A stretch of DNA of 35,337 bases from Campylobacterales bacterium. GTDB taxonomy: Bacteria > Campylobacterota > Campylobacteria > Campylobacterales > JALSKU01. The notes beneath the pieces were generated by a model that searched no databases, had not been told where the DNA came from, and saw only the letters and a program-made list of their open reading frames with translations. The position numbers and the translations under genes were made by a program. This document shows positions 8,531 through 20,855 of this stretch, in pieces. The stretch lies in contig JALVXV010000194.1 of the NCBI GenBank assembly GCA_027038235.1, positions 1 to 35,337 on the forward strand. The letters run 5' to 3'. Each line of letters begins with the position of its first letter. The stretch's first letter is position 1.

Positions 8531-9448
8531 ATGATAAAAGTTATTTTTATGGGTACACCTGATTATGCTGGTGTAATACTTGAAAAACTACTTAAAGATG
8601 ATGATATAAATCTATGTGCAGTCTTTACTCAGCCTGATAGACCTGTGGGAAGAAAGCAGGTACTTACTCCCCCTTTTGTTAAAAAAATGCTTATAGATAA
8701 AAAGAGTGATATAGAAATTTATCAGCCAGAATCTTTAAAAAATGAAGATACTATAAAGATCATAAGGGAGTTATCTGCTGATTTTATAGTAGTTGCAGCT
8801 TATGGACAGATAGTTCCAAAAGAGATACTTCAAATTGCACCATGCATAAATCTACATGCATCTTTGCTACCAAAATATAGAGGAGCAAGTCCTATACAAG
8901 CAGTTTTACTAAATGGTGAGAAGATAACAGGAGTTACAGCAATGCTAATGAATGAAGGGCTTGATACAGGAGATATATTGGCATACTCATTTGTTGAAAT
9001 AGCTCCCAAAACTTTAGTAGGTGAACTTTTTGAAAAACTCTCTATTAGTGCAGCAAACCTATGTATAACTACACTAAAATATTTTGATCATATAAAACCC
9101 ATTAAGCAATTTGGAGCATTAAAATCATACTCTAAAAAGATAAAAAGAGGTGATGGAATGATCAAATTAAAAAATGCAAAAGATATATATAAAAAATATA
9201 GAGCCTATACTCCATGGCCTGGTATCTATCTTGAAAATGGGTTAAAGATAAAAAAACTCTCATTTTTAAGTAATGAAGGCACTTTTAAAGAGGGTGAAAT
9301 TTTAGATATTATTGGTAGTGATATAGTAATTGGTTGTAATATAGGAAAGATAAAACTAAAAAGAGTTCAGCCTCCCTCAAAAAAGGAGATGAGTGCAAAG
9401 GAGTATATTTTGGGCAAGAGGCTAAAAGTTGGAGATCAATTAAGTTAA
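8531..9448 (+). CDS. fmt: Methionyl-tRNA formyltransferase
   Basis: It has the motifs IKVIFMGTPDYA and HASLLPKYRGASPIQ. The track ORF starts at TTG 8528. ATG 8531 has better spacing from the AAGGA SD at 8521-8525. Confidence 0.9.
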   Translation: MIKVIFMGTPDYAGVILEKLLKDDDINLCAVFTQPDRPVGRKQVLTPPFVKKMLIDKKSDIEIYQPESLKNEDTIKIIRELSADFIVVAAYGQIVPKEILQIAPCINLHASLLPKYRGASPIQAVLLNGEKITGVTAMLMNEGLDTGDILAYSFVEIAPKTLVGELFEKLSISAANLCITTLKYFDHIKPIKQFGALKSYSKKIKRGDGMIKLKNAKDIYKKYRAYTPWPGIYLENGLKIKKLSFLSNEGTFKEGEILDIIGSDIVIGCNIGKIKLKRVQPPSKKEMSAKEYILGKRLKVGDQLS

Positions 9449-9457
9449 AAGTTAACA

Positions 9458-10108
9458 ATGAAAAATGAAAAATTTAGGATAATACACTTTAAGAGTATTG
9501 ATTCAACTCACAAATATCTTTTAAATGGTGTGAAAAATGGCAAAATTGCTACTTCGACTTTGGTTTATGCTGATGAACAGACAAATGGAGTAGGAAGTAG
9601 AGGAAACAGTTGGATAGGAGAAAAAGGCAATCTTTTTTTATCATTTTGTGTAGATTTGAAACATTTACCAAAAGATTTACCATTGCAATCAATTTCTATA
9701 TATTTTGCTTATATTTTAAAAGAGATTTTAGCCTCCAAAGGCTCTAAAATATGGCTAAAGTGGCCAAATGACTTCTATATTGAAGATAAAAAAATAGGTG
9801 GAGTTATTACACTTAAAAGTGGCGATAAAATTATCTGCTCAATTGGTCTTAATATAGCGACAGCACCGAGGAAGTATGGTAAACTTGATATATCGGTTGA
9901 AATAGATGAGCTTATAAAAGAGTTTATAAAAAAAATCAAAAAAAATTTTTCATGGAAGAAAGTTTTTAGCAAATATAAGATAGAATTTCAAAAGGCAAAA
10001 AAGTTTTATTTTCATTTTGATGGTCGTTTGCTCTCTTTAGAGCGATCAGAGCTAAATGATGATGGCTCTATTACTATAGATGGTGATAAAATTTTTAATT
10101 GTAGATAA
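9458..10108 (+). CDS. birA: Biotin-[acetyl-CoA-carboxylase] ligase (class I, no DNA-binding domain)
   Basis: 216 aa. It has FKSIDSTHKYL and a GVGSRGNSW loop (the GRGRxGRxW equivalent). Confidence 0.85.
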   Translation: MKNEKFRIIHFKSIDSTHKYLLNGVKNGKIATSTLVYADEQTNGVGSRGNSWIGEKGNLFLSFCVDLKHLPKDLPLQSISIYFAYILKEILASKGSKIWLKWPNDFYIEDKKIGGVITLKSGDKIICSIGLNIATAPRKYGKLDISVEIDELIKEFIKKIKKNFSWKKVFSKYKIEFQKAKKFYFHFDGRLLSLERSELNDDGSITIDGDKIFNCR

Positions 10109-10123
10109 AAAGTTAAGAGCTGG

Positions 10124-10145
10124 GAGATGCCCTCAAGGACATCTC
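10124..10145 (+). terminator. Weak terminator-like hairpin after birA
   Basis: GAGATGCCC-TCAA-GGACATCTC forms 9 pairs with one internal mismatch. A T5 run appears only about 10 nt downstream, so this is not a canonical intrinsic terminator. Confidence 0.25.
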
Positions 10146-10178
10146 TAATCTAAACCTTTTTAAAAAGGAGATGAACAA

Positions 10179-10964
10179 GTGAAAGAGATAATTGCTATTG
10201 CCAATCAAAAAGGTGGTGTAGGTAAAACCACGACAGCTATCAACTTGGCAGCTTCTTTGGCAGTTGCTGAAAAGAGAGTTTTGCTTATTGATGCAGACCC
10301 TCAGTCAAATGCCACAACTGGACTAGGATTTCACAGAAATGACTATGAATACAATATATACCATGTTCTTATTGGAAGCAAAAAACTTTCTCAAATAATT
10401 TTAAAAACATCTATACCCACATTACATCTTGCTCCATCAAATATAGGCTTGGTTGGAATTGAAAAAGAGTTTTATGACCAAGAGAGTGATGGAAGAGAGT
10501 TGGTTTTAAAAGAGAAGATCAAAGAGGTAAAAGATCAGTATGACTATATCATTATAGATTCACCTCCAGCTCTAGGAAGTATTACAATAAATGCTCTAAG
10601 TGCAGCAAATTCTGTCATTATCCCTATACAGTGTGAATTTTTTGCACTTGAGGGATTAGCCCAACTTTTAAATACTATTAAACTTATCAAAAAAACAATC
10701 AATCCCAAATTGAAAATAAAGGGCTTTTTACCAACAATGTATAGCACTCAAAACAATCTCTCAAAACAGGTTTTTGCTGATCTAAAACAGCATTTTAAAA
10801 ATAAACTTTTTAAAGATAAAGATAACTCCTCTTATGTAGTAGTACCTAGAAATATAAAATTGGCTGAAAGCCCAAGCTTTGGAAAGCCTATTATTCTTTA
10901 TGATATAAAATCTGTCGGCTCTCAAGCATATCAAAATTTAGCAACATCTATAATGGCTGGGTAA
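10179..10964 (+). CDS. parA: Chromosome partitioning ATPase ParA/Soj
   Basis: 261 aa with the deviant Walker A motif NQKGGVGKTTTAINLA. The start is GTG, with an AAGGAG SD 10 nt upstream. Confidence 0.92.
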   Translation: MKEIIAIANQKGGVGKTTTAINLAASLAVAEKRVLLIDADPQSNATTGLGFHRNDYEYNIYHVLIGSKKLSQIILKTSIPTLHLAPSNIGLVGIEKEFYDQESDGRELVLKEKIKEVKDQYDYIIIDSPPALGSITINALSAANSVIIPIQCEFFALEGLAQLLNTIKLIKKTINPKLKIKGFLPTMYSTQNNLSKQVFADLKQHFKNKLFKDKDNSSYVVVPRNIKLAESPSFGKPIILYDIKSVGSQAYQNLATSIMAG

Positions 10965-10965
10965 G

Positions 10966-11820
10966 ATGGCAAAAACTAAGAAAGCTTTAGGAAGAGGAAT
11001 TGGTGCTATCTTAGAAGATGTTGAAGAGGCATATAGACAAGATATTGAGGATAAAACCAACCTCATTCAAGAGATAGATGTAGATAAGATCATACCAAAT
11101 ATCTATCAGCCTAGAACCTATTTTAATGAAAATGCTCTAAAAGAGCTCTCTGAGTCTATAAAAAAACATGGTCTTTTGCAACCTATCATAGTAGTAAAAA
11201 AAGATGATGGATATATGCTCATAGCTGGTGAGAGAAGACTTAGAGCAACTAAACTTGCAAAACTTCCAACGATAAAAGCTATAGTAGCTGATATAGAGTC
11301 TGAAAATTTAAGAGAATTGGCTCTTATAGAAAATATCCAAAGAGAAAATTTAAATCCTATCGAACTTGCAACTGCCTATTATGAGTTAATAGAGCAGTAC
11401 AAAATAACCCATGATGAACTCTCTCATATCATACATAAAAGTAGAGCACAAATAACAAATACATTAAGATTGTTAAACCTAAGCGATAAAACAAAAGAGC
11501 TAATATCACAAGGTAAAATATCACAAGGACATGCAAAGGTTTTAGTAGGTCTTGACCCAAAAGAGGAAGAGAGTATAATCAATAGCATAATTGGACAAAA
11601 ATTAAGTGTAAGAGAGACTGAAAATTTAGTTAAGAATATAAAAGCAGGGGCAAAATCATCCAAAGATACCCCAACAACAAAAGATGAGATAGAGGATATT
11701 CAAAAAGTTCTTGAAAAAGTTAAACAAATAGGTATCAAATGTCGTAAAAAGAGAAATAGTATTATTATGGAGTTTAAAGATAGCAGTGAAGTAAAAAAAC
11801 TTTTAGACAATTTAAAATAA
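10966..11820 (+). CDS. parB: Chromosome partitioning protein ParB/Spo0J
   Basis: 284 aa with the ParB box LIAGERRLRA and an HTH region. It follows parA immediately. Confidence 0.92.
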   Translation: MAKTKKALGRGIGAILEDVEEAYRQDIEDKTNLIQEIDVDKIIPNIYQPRTYFNENALKELSESIKKHGLLQPIIVVKKDDGYMLIAGERRLRATKLAKLPTIKAIVADIESENLRELALIENIQRENLNPIELATAYYELIEQYKITHDELSHIIHKSRAQITNTLRLLNLSDKTKELISQGKISQGHAKVLVGLDPKEEESIINSIIGQKLSVRETENLVKNIKAGAKSSKDTPTTKDEIEDIQKVLEKVKQIGIKCRKKRNSIIMEFKDSSEVKKLLDNLK

Positions 11821-11950
11821 ATCACAATATTAATAATAAAATTTAGTTTATTTAATAAAAGTTTACAGAAACTTTTGATAAAATACAAGAATTTTTAACT
11901 CAAGGGTACCTCCAATAATAGCTACCCTCAAGTTAAACCAAGGAGCACCT

Positions 11951-12373
11951 ATGTTGGATATAAGTCCATGGTTATTGCTGTTAGTTGCGGTTATTTTTAT
12001 CTTTTTAATAGTTGCATTAAACAAGATATTATATAAGCCGTTGCTTACTTTTATGCATGACAGAGACGAATCGATCAAAAATGATTTGGAAGAGGCCAAA
12101 AAAAATAGTGGCAATGTTTCACATCTTGAAGCTGAAGCTGAGACTATTTTGCAAAATGCAAAGAGTGAGGCTCACAAAATAAGAGAAGAGGCTATAAATG
12201 AGGCAAAAAGCAAAGCTCAAGAGGAGATTGAAGCTAAAAAAGCTGTTTTAGAGAGCAATTATGTAGCCTTTTTAAATGAACTAAACAAAGAGAAAGAACA
12301 ACTTAGTTCAAAGCTAAAAGATGAGTTATCACTCTATAAAGATAGTTTAAAAACTAAACTTAGTCAAATATAA
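11951..12373 (+). CDS. atpF': F0F1 ATP synthase subunit b'
   Basis: 140 aa. A single N-terminal TM is followed by a long charged helix. It is the first gene of the atp cluster. Confidence 0.8.
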   Translation: MLDISPWLLLLVAVIFIFLIVALNKILYKPLLTFMHDRDESIKNDLEEAKKNSGNVSHLEAEAETILQNAKSEAHKIREEAINEAKSKAQEEIEAKKAVLESNYVAFLNELNKEKEQLSSKLKDELSLYKDSLKTKLSQI

Positions 12374-12378
12374 AGGAG

Positions 12379-12885
12379 ATGAAATTGTTACTTAAAATAC
12401 TTTTACTACTCTCCCCCCTAGCACTTTTTGCTAATGAAGGTGGTCCAGACATTGTGCCTAGGACTATAAACTTTTTAATCTTCGCTGCAATTCTTTTAAG
12501 ATATGTCGCAACACCTATAAAAAACTTTTTTAAAGGCAGAACAGAAGAGATAGTATCTACCCTAAAGTCTATACAGGATAAAGTAGAGGAGTCTAAAAAG
12601 GCAAAAGAGGAGGCTCTTAAGAAGCTTGAAGAGTCTAAAATATTGGCAAAAACGATTGTAGAGGATGCAAAAAAAGAGGCAAATCTTATAGTAAATAAGA
12701 TTGAAAATGATACTAAAAATGAACTTGAACTTTTAGAAAAATACAATCATGAAAGAGAAGAGATAGAGAGAAGAAAAATGGTAAAGAGTGTTGTCTCAGA
12801 GATTATTGGTTCACTCTTTGCTAAAGATATTCAAACTTTCGACAACAAAGAGCTTGTCAATATCATTATGAAAAAGGTTGCATAA
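12379..12885 (+). CDS. atpF: F0F1 ATP synthase subunit b
   Basis: 168 aa with a hydrophobic N-terminus and a Lys/Glu-rich coiled coil. It lies between b' and delta. Confidence 0.8.
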   Translation: MKLLLKILLLLSPLALFANEGGPDIVPRTINFLIFAAILLRYVATPIKNFFKGRTEEIVSTLKSIQDKVEESKKAKEEALKKLEESKILAKTIVEDAKKEANLIVNKIENDTKNELELLEKYNHEREEIERRKMVKSVVSEIIGSLFAKDIQTFDNKELVNIIMKKVA

Positions 12886-13416
12886 ATGGTACCTGTAGTA
12901 GCTAAAAAATATGTAAAAGCACTATTTGAGACTTCAAATGAGAAAACTATTAAAAAGTATTATGAAAATCTACAACTTTTAAGTAGTACATATACATTAG
13001 ATAAGATGAAGAACATTTTACTCTCCCCTACTATATCAAAGAGTAAAAAGTATGATTTTATCATCTCCTTGATAGATAGTAGCGATAAGAAGTTTAACAA
13101 TTTCATAAAAGTATTGGTTGAAAATGATAGGATGGATCTTGTTCCTGCAATTTGTGATGAACTTAGATATCAATTATCTATTAAAGAAAATAGATTTGTA
13201 GGACATATTATAAGTAGTTCAACAATTGATAAAAAAAGTATAAATAGTATAGAAAAGAAACTTAACTCTAAATTTAATGCAACAATACTTCTTGAAAATA
13301 TCAAAAGTGATTACCCTGGAATAAAGATTGAAATAGAAGATTTAGGTGTCGAAATTAGTTTTTCGATTGACAGATTGAAAGCTCAAATAACTGAGCATAT
13401 ACTAAAAGCAATATAA
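12886..13416 (+). CDS. atpH: F0F1 ATP synthase subunit delta
   Basis: 176 aa. Its position and OSCP-like sequence fit delta, and it abuts the atpF stop. Confidence 0.8.
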   Translation: MVPVVAKKYVKALFETSNEKTIKKYYENLQLLSSTYTLDKMKNILLSPTISKSKKYDFIISLIDSSDKKFNNFIKVLVENDRMDLVPAICDELRYQLSIKENRFVGHIISSSTIDKKSINSIEKKLNSKFNATILLENIKSDYPGIKIEIEDLGVEISFSIDRLKAQITEHILKAI

Positions 13417-13436
13417 AAAACTAAAGGAGTGCTCAA

Positions 13437-14954
13437 GTGAGTTCAAAGATTAAAGCGGACGAAATTAGTTCAATCATAAAGGAGAGAATTGATAATTTCG
13501 AATTAAGTGTAGATATCGAAGAGACCGGAAAAGTCATCTCTGTTGCTGATGGAATTGCCCAAGTTTATGGACTGAAAAATGTCATGGCTGGAGAGATGGT
13601 ACAATTTGAAAATGGTGAAAAAGGTATCGCTCTAAACTTGGAAGAATCAAGTGTAGGTATAGTTATCTTAGGAACTGGAAAGGGTATAACTGAGGGTGTA
13701 TCAGTTAAGAGAGAGGGTAAACTTCTAAAGGTTCCTGTAGGTGATGCTGTCGTAGGTAGAGTTGTCAATCCTCTAGGAGAACCTATAGACTCAAAAGGTC
13801 CTATAGAGAGTGAAGAGTATAGATTTGTTGAGGAGAAGGCTCCTGGAATTATGGCTAGAAAGTCAGTTCATGAGCCACTTCAAACAGGTATCAAAGCTAT
13901 AGATGCTCTTGTACCTATAGGAAGAGGTCAAAGGGAGCTTATTATCGGAGATAGACAAACAGGTAAGACCACAGTTGCAGTAGATACTATTATAAATCAA
14001 AGAGGACAAGATGTTGTATGTATCTATGTAGCTATCGGTCAAAAGCAATCAACTGTTGCACAAGTTGTGAAAAAACTTGAAGAGTATGGTGCTATGGATT
14101 ATACTATTGTTGTAAATGCAGGAGCAAGTGATTCTGCTGCACTACAATACCTTGCACCTTATGCTGGTGTTACAATGGGAGAGTATTTTAGAGACAATTC
14201 AAGACATGCACTTATCATCTATGATGATTTAAGCAAACATGCGGTTGCTTATAGAGAGATGTCACTAATTCTTAGAAGACCTCCAGGTAGAGAGGCATAT
14301 CCTGGAGATGTATTTTATCTACACTCAAGACTTCTTGAAAGAGCAGCAAAGTTGAGTGATGATTTGGGTGCAGGAAGTTTGACAGCTCTTCCTATTATAG
14401 AGACTCAAGCAGGTGATGTTTCAGCCTATATTCCTACAAATGTTATATCTATTACTGATGGTCAAATCTTTTTGGAGACTGATCTTTTTAACTCAGGTAT
14501 AAGACCTGCTATAAATGTGGGACTTTCAGTATCAAGAGTTGGTGGTGCTGCACAGATAAAAGCTATAAAGCAGGTTGCAGGTACATTAAGACTAGATCTT
14601 GCCCAATATAGAGAGCTTCAAGCATTTGCCCAATTTGCTAGTGATTTGGATGAGACAAGTAGAAAGCAACTTGAAAGAGGTCAAAGAATGGTTGAGGTGC
14701 TTAAACAACCTCCATACTCTCCACTTCCTGTCGAGAAACAGATCATTATCATCTATGCAGGTGCTAATGGCTACCTTGATGATATAGATGCTGGAAGTGT
14801 TACAAAATTTGAAGCTGAGTTGTATCCTTTTATAGAAGCAAAATATCCTTCTATTTTTGAAGATATTAGAACAAAACAAAAAATTGATGATGAGATAAAA
14901 ACACAATTAAATAAAATCTTGGATGAGTTTAAAGCAACTTTTGAAGCAAAGTAG
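13437..14954 (+). CDS. atpA: F0F1 ATP synthase subunit alpha
   Basis: 505 aa with Walker A GDRQTGKT and a highly conserved alpha sequence. The start is GTG. Confidence 0.97.
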   Translation: MSSKIKADEISSIIKERIDNFELSVDIEETGKVISVADGIAQVYGLKNVMAGEMVQFENGEKGIALNLEESSVGIVILGTGKGITEGVSVKREGKLLKVPVGDAVVGRVVNPLGEPIDSKGPIESEEYRFVEEKAPGIMARKSVHEPLQTGIKAIDALVPIGRGQRELIIGDRQTGKTTVAVDTIINQRGQDVVCIYVAIGQKQSTVAQVVKKLEEYGAMDYTIVVNAGASDSAALQYLAPYAGVTMGEYFRDNSRHALIIYDDLSKHAVAYREMSLILRRPPGREAYPGDVFYLHSRLLERAAKLSDDLGAGSLTALPIIETQAGDVSAYIPTNVISITDGQIFLETDLFNSGIRPAINVGLSVSRVGGAAQIKAIKQVAGTLRLDLAQYRELQAFAQFASDLDETSRKQLERGQRMVEVLKQPPYSPLPVEKQIIIIYAGANGYLDDIDAGSVTKFEAELYPFIEAKYPSIFEDIRTKQKIDDEIKTQLNKILDEFKATFEAK

Positions 14955-14963
14955 GGTAAAAAA

Positions 14964-15848
14964 ATGGCAAATCTAAAAGATATAAAAAGAAAAATTAGCA
15001 GTGTAAAAAATACCCAAAAAACAACTAGAGCCATGAAGCTAGTATCGACTGCAAAGCTTATGAAAGCAAAACTTGCAGCTGAGCAGTCTCAAGCTTATGC
15101 CATCAAGATAAATGATGTCTTATCTGAGATATCTCATAAGATAAATAAATATCGAGTAGGTGGTATAAAGAGTAAATTTTTTGACATTAATGACAACCCT
15201 AAAGTTGTTGATATTATCTTTGTAACTGCCGATAAAGGTTTGTGTGGAGGTTTTAACATACAGACTATAAAAGCTGTTACAAATCTACTAGAGGAGTATA
15301 AGTCCAAAAAGGCAAAAGTGAGACTAAAAGCTATTGGCAAAAAAGGTATTGGATATTTTAACTTTAAGGGAGTTGAGCTATTTGACCAAAGAGTAGGTGT
15401 TAGTTCATCCCCTACTCCAGAAGTAGCAGCTGAGATTATCAATGAGTCAATAAATGACTTTTTAGAGGATAAGACAGATAGAGTTATAGTTGTTCATAAT
15501 GGCTACAAAAATATGATTTCTCAACAACTAAAGGTCAATACAGTTGTTCCTGTTAAGAGCTTTGATCCTCCAGAGGATCTTTCAACCTCCATGATAGAGG
15601 TTGAACCTGAGGACAATACTGAACTTTTGGAAAACTTGCTTAAGATGTATTTTGAATACAGTATGTATTATGCTCTCATTGATTCACTTGCAGCAGAGCA
15701 TAGTGCTAGAATGCAAGCAATGGATAATGCAACAAATAATGCAAATGAGAGGGTTCAAGAGTTGACTTTGGAGTATAACAAAGCAAGACAGGGTGCAATT
15801 ACTACAGAATTGATTGAGATCATAAGTGGTGTTGAAGCACAAAAGTAA
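14964..15848 (+). CDS. atpG: F0F1 ATP synthase subunit gamma
   Basis: 294 aa. It has the N-terminal [22 protein letters not shown] and the C-terminal [11 protein letters not shown]. Confidence 0.95.
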   Translation: MANLKDIKRKISSVKNTQKTTRAMKLVSTAKLMKAKLAAEQSQAYAIKINDVLSEISHKINKYRVGGIKSKFFDINDNPKVVDIIFVTADKGLCGGFNIQTIKAVTNLLEEYKSKKAKVRLKAIGKKGIGYFNFKGVELFDQRVGVSSSPTPEVAAEIINESINDFLEDKTDRVIVVHNGYKNMISQQLKVNTVVPVKSFDPPEDLSTSMIEVEPEDNTELLENLLKMYFEYSMYYALIDSLAAEHSARMQAMDNATNNANERVQELTLEYNKARQGAITTELIEIISGVEAQK

Positions 15849-15871
15849 TAGGTAATTTAATAAGTAGTTAA

Positions 15872-17307
<1,436 letters not shown>

Positions 17308-17320
17308 ATAAGGATAGTTT

Positions 17321-17707
17321 ATGGAAACATTAAAACTTGAAATAGTTACCCCAAAAGGTTCTATATTTAATGGTGAAGTTAAAAGTATCACACTTCCTGG
17401 AAGCGAAGGTGAATTTGGTGTACTTCCAGGACATGCATCACTGCTTACACTCCTAAGGACAGGAGTTATAGATATAGAAAAAAGTGATGGCAAACATGAT
17501 CTTGTTGCTATAAGTAGTGGATATGCTGAGGTTGATGAGGGTAGTGTAACTATTCTTGCTGATGGTGCTGTTTATGTTGGTGGGGATGGAGAGAGTGAAA
17601 TAGCTAATTCATTAAAAAAGATTGAGGATTTATTAGATAGCATTAAGAGCGATCCTTTTGTAGCTGAGAGTGTTCTTGCTCGTGTTAAAAATATCAAAAC
17701 ATCATAG
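17321..17707 (+). CDS. atpC: F0F1 ATP synthase subunit epsilon
   Basis: 128 aa with a typical epsilon N-terminal beta-sandwich sequence (LEIVTPKGSIFNGEVKSITLPGSEGEFGVLPGHA). Confidence 0.93.
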   Translation: METLKLEIVTPKGSIFNGEVKSITLPGSEGEFGVLPGHASLLTLLRTGVIDIEKSDGKHDLVAISSGYAEVDEGSVTILADGAVYVGGDGESEIANSLKKIEDLLDSIKSDPFVAESVLARVKNIKTS

Positions 17708-17713
17708 TAGATT

Positions 17714-18295
17714 ATGAATATAATTGATCTCTTTTTAAATTACTTATCAAGAAGTAGTGAGATAACCATAGCAGTTTTGCTGTGGTTATCTATATATTTT
17801 CTAATAACTATATGGGTTGTTATATATAGATATTTTTATATTAACTCTTTAATAAAAAGAGAAGAGTCCTCCTTAGAATCTATGCTTATGGGCAATCAAA
17901 CAGTAAGGGCAGACTCTATCTTAAGAAAGTGCACTAGTAGCTACAAAGGTAGCGATGCTGTTTTTGAAGTATGCATCAACATAGCTCAAAAAAATTCAAC
18001 TTCATATCTGTCTATTTTATCTATTATATCCTCTACATCCCCTTTTATTGGACTTTTTGGGACAGTTGTGGGAATCTTAGAAACCTTTTCAAAGCTTGGC
18101 GGAGCTACTACTGCATCTTTAAATGTAATAGCACCAGCTATTAGCGAAGCTTTGGTAGCAACTGCAGGTGGAATACTTGTAGCAATTCCAGCATATAGTG
18201 GCTATATTATGCTTAAAAGAAAGGCCTATGACTATCTAAGTGTAGTTGAGAGGGAGAAGTTGCTACTTATAAATAACTTATCAAAAGATGTGTAG
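17714..18295 (+). CDS. tolQ: MotA/TolQ/ExbB proton-channel protein (TolQ by context)
   Basis: 193 aa with three TM segments and the conserved block PFIGLFGTVVGILETF. It lies upstream of tolR, tolA-like, tolB and pal. Confidence 0.8.
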   Translation: MNIIDLFLNYLSRSSEITIAVLLWLSIYFLITIWVVIYRYFYINSLIKREESSLESMLMGNQTVRADSILRKCTSSYKGSDAVFEVCINIAQKNSTSYLSILSIISSTSPFIGLFGTVVGILETFSKLGGATTASLNVIAPAISEALVATAGGILVAIPAYSGYIMLKRKAYDYLSVVEREKLLLINNLSKDV

Positions 18296-18303
18296 AAAAG
18301 TCT

Positions 18304-18696
18304 ATGAGTATTGATTGGGAAGAGAAACCAGATCTAAACATAACACCATTAGTTGATATAATGCTTGTACTTCTTGCTATACTGATGGTAACAACACCAG
18401 CTATAATCTATGAAGAGAATATAAAACTACCAAAGGGTAGCAAAACAAAATCCCTTGGCAAATTACCAGATCTTGAAGTAAGAATTACAAAAGATAAAGA
18501 GGTTTATGTGGGTAAAAATCAGTATCAATATAGTGCTTTTGCAGATAGTTTTATACTCTTTTCAAAATCAATTCCAAAATCTACAACTGTCTATATAAGA
18601 GCTGATAAAGAGTTGAAGTATGGATCTATTATGTATATTTTAAAAAGTGTTAAAGAGGCAGGATTTTCCAAAGTTTCCCTAATTACTGAGGGATAG
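18304..18696 (+). CDS. tolR: ExbD/TolR family protein
   Basis: 130 aa. The N-terminal LNITPLVDIMLVLLAILMV carries the conserved Asp-containing TM. Confidence 0.8.
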   Translation: MSIDWEEKPDLNITPLVDIMLVLLAILMVTTPAIIYEENIKLPKGSKTKSLGKLPDLEVRITKDKEVYVGKNQYQYSAFADSFILFSKSIPKSTTVYIRADKELKYGSIMYILKSVKEAGFSKVSLITEG

Positions 18697-18698
18697 AC

Positions 18699-19478
18699 AT
18701 GGAAAAAGAGAGTAGATACTTTTTTATTGGAGCTATAATATCTCTTCTTCTATATATACTTTTATTATGGTCTATATTTTTATATCTAAGCAAATATGAG
18801 GAAAAATCCAAACAATATACTAGCAAAAAGAGTAGCTTTATAGAAATTTCTATAAAAGAGAGCAAAAAAAAAGAGATAAAAAACAAAAGAGCAAAAAAAC
18901 AAGTAAAAAAGAAAAAGATAAACAAAAAAAAATCTAAGAAAAAGATAAACAAAAAGCAAAAGATCAATAAATCGGAAAAGAGAACAGTACATACAAAATC
19001 TTTAAAATCACTATTTAGTGGAATCAATACAAAAAAATATCTTAAAATAGAGCAGAATTTAACTAAAAAAGCCAATATAAATAGTAGAATCCCAAAAAGA
19101 GGCAAAAAAGTATCCAACCAGATTAAAACTAAAGAGAAAATATCAGCATCTAGCATAGTAAAAAGTCTAAGCTTGGAAGAGGCATATCAACCCAATAGTA
19201 AAAAAAGTGGCGAATATAATGAATACATAGGAAAAATAAGCGACATGCTTGATAGCAGATGGCAAGAGACACCAGGAACACTTCCTGGAAATAGTGCAAA
19301 AGTAACTGTAACTATAGATAAGTTTGGAAATTTCAGCTATAAAATAGATGAACTTTCATATAATAATGAGTTTAATTCTAAGTTAAAAAGTTTTCTTGAG
19401 AGTTTAAAGGATGAAACTTTTCCTCCCTATAAACTAGGAGATCAAGTTACAATAAAGGTAAATTTCAAAGATGAGTAA
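18699..19478 (+). CDS. tolA: TolA/TonB-like energy-transducing protein (Lys-rich linker)
   Basis: 259 aa. It has one N-terminal TM, an extremely Lys-rich linker and a C-terminal TonB_C-like domain (AKVTVTIDKFGNF...). The assignment is by position in the tol-pal cluster. Confidence 0.6.
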   Translation: MEKESRYFFIGAIISLLLYILLLWSIFLYLSKYEEKSKQYTSKKSSFIEISIKESKKKEIKNKRAKKQVKKKKINKKKSKKKINKKQKINKSEKRTVHTKSLKSLFSGINTKKYLKIEQNLTKKANINSRIPKRGKKVSNQIKTKEKISASSIVKSLSLEEAYQPNSKKSGEYNEYIGKISDMLDSRWQETPGTLPGNSAKVTVTIDKFGNFSYKIDELSYNNEFNSKLKSFLESLKDETFPPYKLGDQVTIKVNFKDE

Positions 19479-19488
19479 GGATTGTTAA

Positions 19489-20763
19489 ATGAGAAGAGTA
19501 TTATTTGTTTTGATTTTGCTAAATCTTGTTTTATTTGGATATGATGCGACTATTGATATAGTAAAAAAGGGCGATAAGCCTCCAAAAATACTGGTTCAAG
19601 ATGCAACCTCTGAACAATTTGAAAATAAATATATAGAGAAAAAGATATTTAAACTTTTAGTGGCTGATTTAAAAATTTCAGCTAATTTTATAGTAGATGA
19701 TAGATATATAAAAAGTTCATATGAGGGTGATTTTAAGGAGAATTTTCAAAGCGATCTTATGCCAAATTTGATAGCAAGATATAAGCTTGAAAATCAAGAT
19801 GATCACTTAGTAGGATATATCAAGCTAATAAATGCAAAAAATGCGACTACGATGTATGAGGGTGTTTATAAATTCTCAAACAAAACTAGATATCCATTTT
19901 TAGCACATAAGATGGCTATAGATATAAATAATAAATTGGGCTTACCCTCAATTGACTGGATGAAAAGAGTTGTAGTATTTGCAAAATATACAGGTAGAAG
20001 AGAGAGTGATATTGTCATATCTGATTACACCCTTACATATCAAAAAACCATAGTAACAGGTGGATTAAATATCTTTCCAAAATGGGCAAATAAAGAGCAA
20101 AGTGCATTTTATTACTCTTCATACAACAATACAATTCCCACACTTTACAGAGTAGATCTCATTAAAGGAAAAAGAGTTAAAATAGTCTCTTCAAAAGGTA
20201 TGCTAGTCTGCTCTGATGTTAGCAAGGATGGTACTAAATTGATACTTACTATGGCTCCAAATGACCAACCCGACATATATCTATATAACTTAAGCTCTAA
20301 AGAGAAAAAGAGATTGACAAAATTTAGAGGAATTGATGTTAGTGGGAATTTTATAGATAATGAAACTAGAGTTGCTTTTGTCTCAGATAGATTAGGTTAT
20401 CCAAATATATTTGCAAAAAATTTAGATATAAATGCACCAGTTGAACAATTAGTATATCAAGGAAGAAACAATAACTCATTTAGTGCATATGATAACTATA
20501 TTGTATTTTCAAGAAGAGAGGGCGATAGTGAATTTGGTAAAAATAGCTTCAACCTCTATCTAATATCCACAAAAACGGAGTATATTAGGCAGCTAACCGC
20601 AACTGGCAAAAACTATTTTCCAAGATTTGCTAACAATGGTGAAACTATTATGTTTATCAAAAATTATCAAAGACAATCAGCTATTGGAATTGTTAGATTG
20701 TACTCAAATAAAAGTTTTTTATTTCCTCTAAAAGTGGGTAAAATCCAATCTCTTGATTGGTAG
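19489..20763 (+). CDS. tolB: Tol-Pal system beta-propeller protein TolB
   Basis: 424 aa with a signal peptide and WD40-like/TolB repeats (DIYLYNL..., FVSDRLGYPNIF). Confidence 0.85.
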   Translation: MRRVLFVLILLNLVLFGYDATIDIVKKGDKPPKILVQDATSEQFENKYIEKKIFKLLVADLKISANFIVDDRYIKSSYEGDFKENFQSDLMPNLIARYKLENQDDHLVGYIKLINAKNATTMYEGVYKFSNKTRYPFLAHKMAIDINNKLGLPSIDWMKRVVVFAKYTGRRESDIVISDYTLTYQKTIVTGGLNIFPKWANKEQSAFYYSSYNNTIPTLYRVDLIKGKRVKIVSSKGMLVCSDVSKDGTKLILTMAPNDQPDIYLYNLSSKEKKRLTKFRGIDVSGNFIDNETRVAFVSDRLGYPNIFAKNLDINAPVEQLVYQGRNNNSFSAYDNYIVFSRREGDSEFGKNSFNLYLISTKTEYIRQLTATGKNYFPRFANNGETIMFIKNYQRQSAIGIVRLYSNKSFLFPLKVGKIQSLDW

Positions 20764-20855
20764 TTTTTAAGGGGTAAATAATTTTTTAACAATAAGGTCA
20801 AATTTAAGAAAAATATGATAGAATAGTAAAAATTTTATGAAAAAAAGGATGTGGA

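Noticed and set aside
11890-11935. The CTCAAGGGTA...TACCCTCAAG near-palindrome or direct repeat just upstream of atpF'.
   Set aside because: Only a 6-bp true complement (AGGGTA/TACCCT) is present, and the CTCAAG words are direct, not inverted. It is too weak to call a regulatory element.
10109-11950. I looked for a parS site (TGTTTCACGTGAAACA-like) around parAB and for DnaA-box clusters.
   Set aside because: I could not find a convincing 16-bp parS palindrome or CACGTG core by eye in this region. Absence is not proven without a pattern search.
18840-19000. The Lys-rich, A-rich tract in tolA as a possible slippage-prone phase-variation repeat.
   Set aside because: The A runs are short (8 or fewer) and interrupted. 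The coding frame is intact, and the composition is typical of TolA/TonB linkers.
18683-19156. The 157-aa minus-strand ORF (and the 68-aa ORF at 18786-18992) rich in Phe/Leu, opposite tolA.
   Set aside because: It is the antisense reading of the poly-Lys (AAA/AAG) linker of the TolA-like gene. This is a low-complexity mirror artefact with no independent signals.
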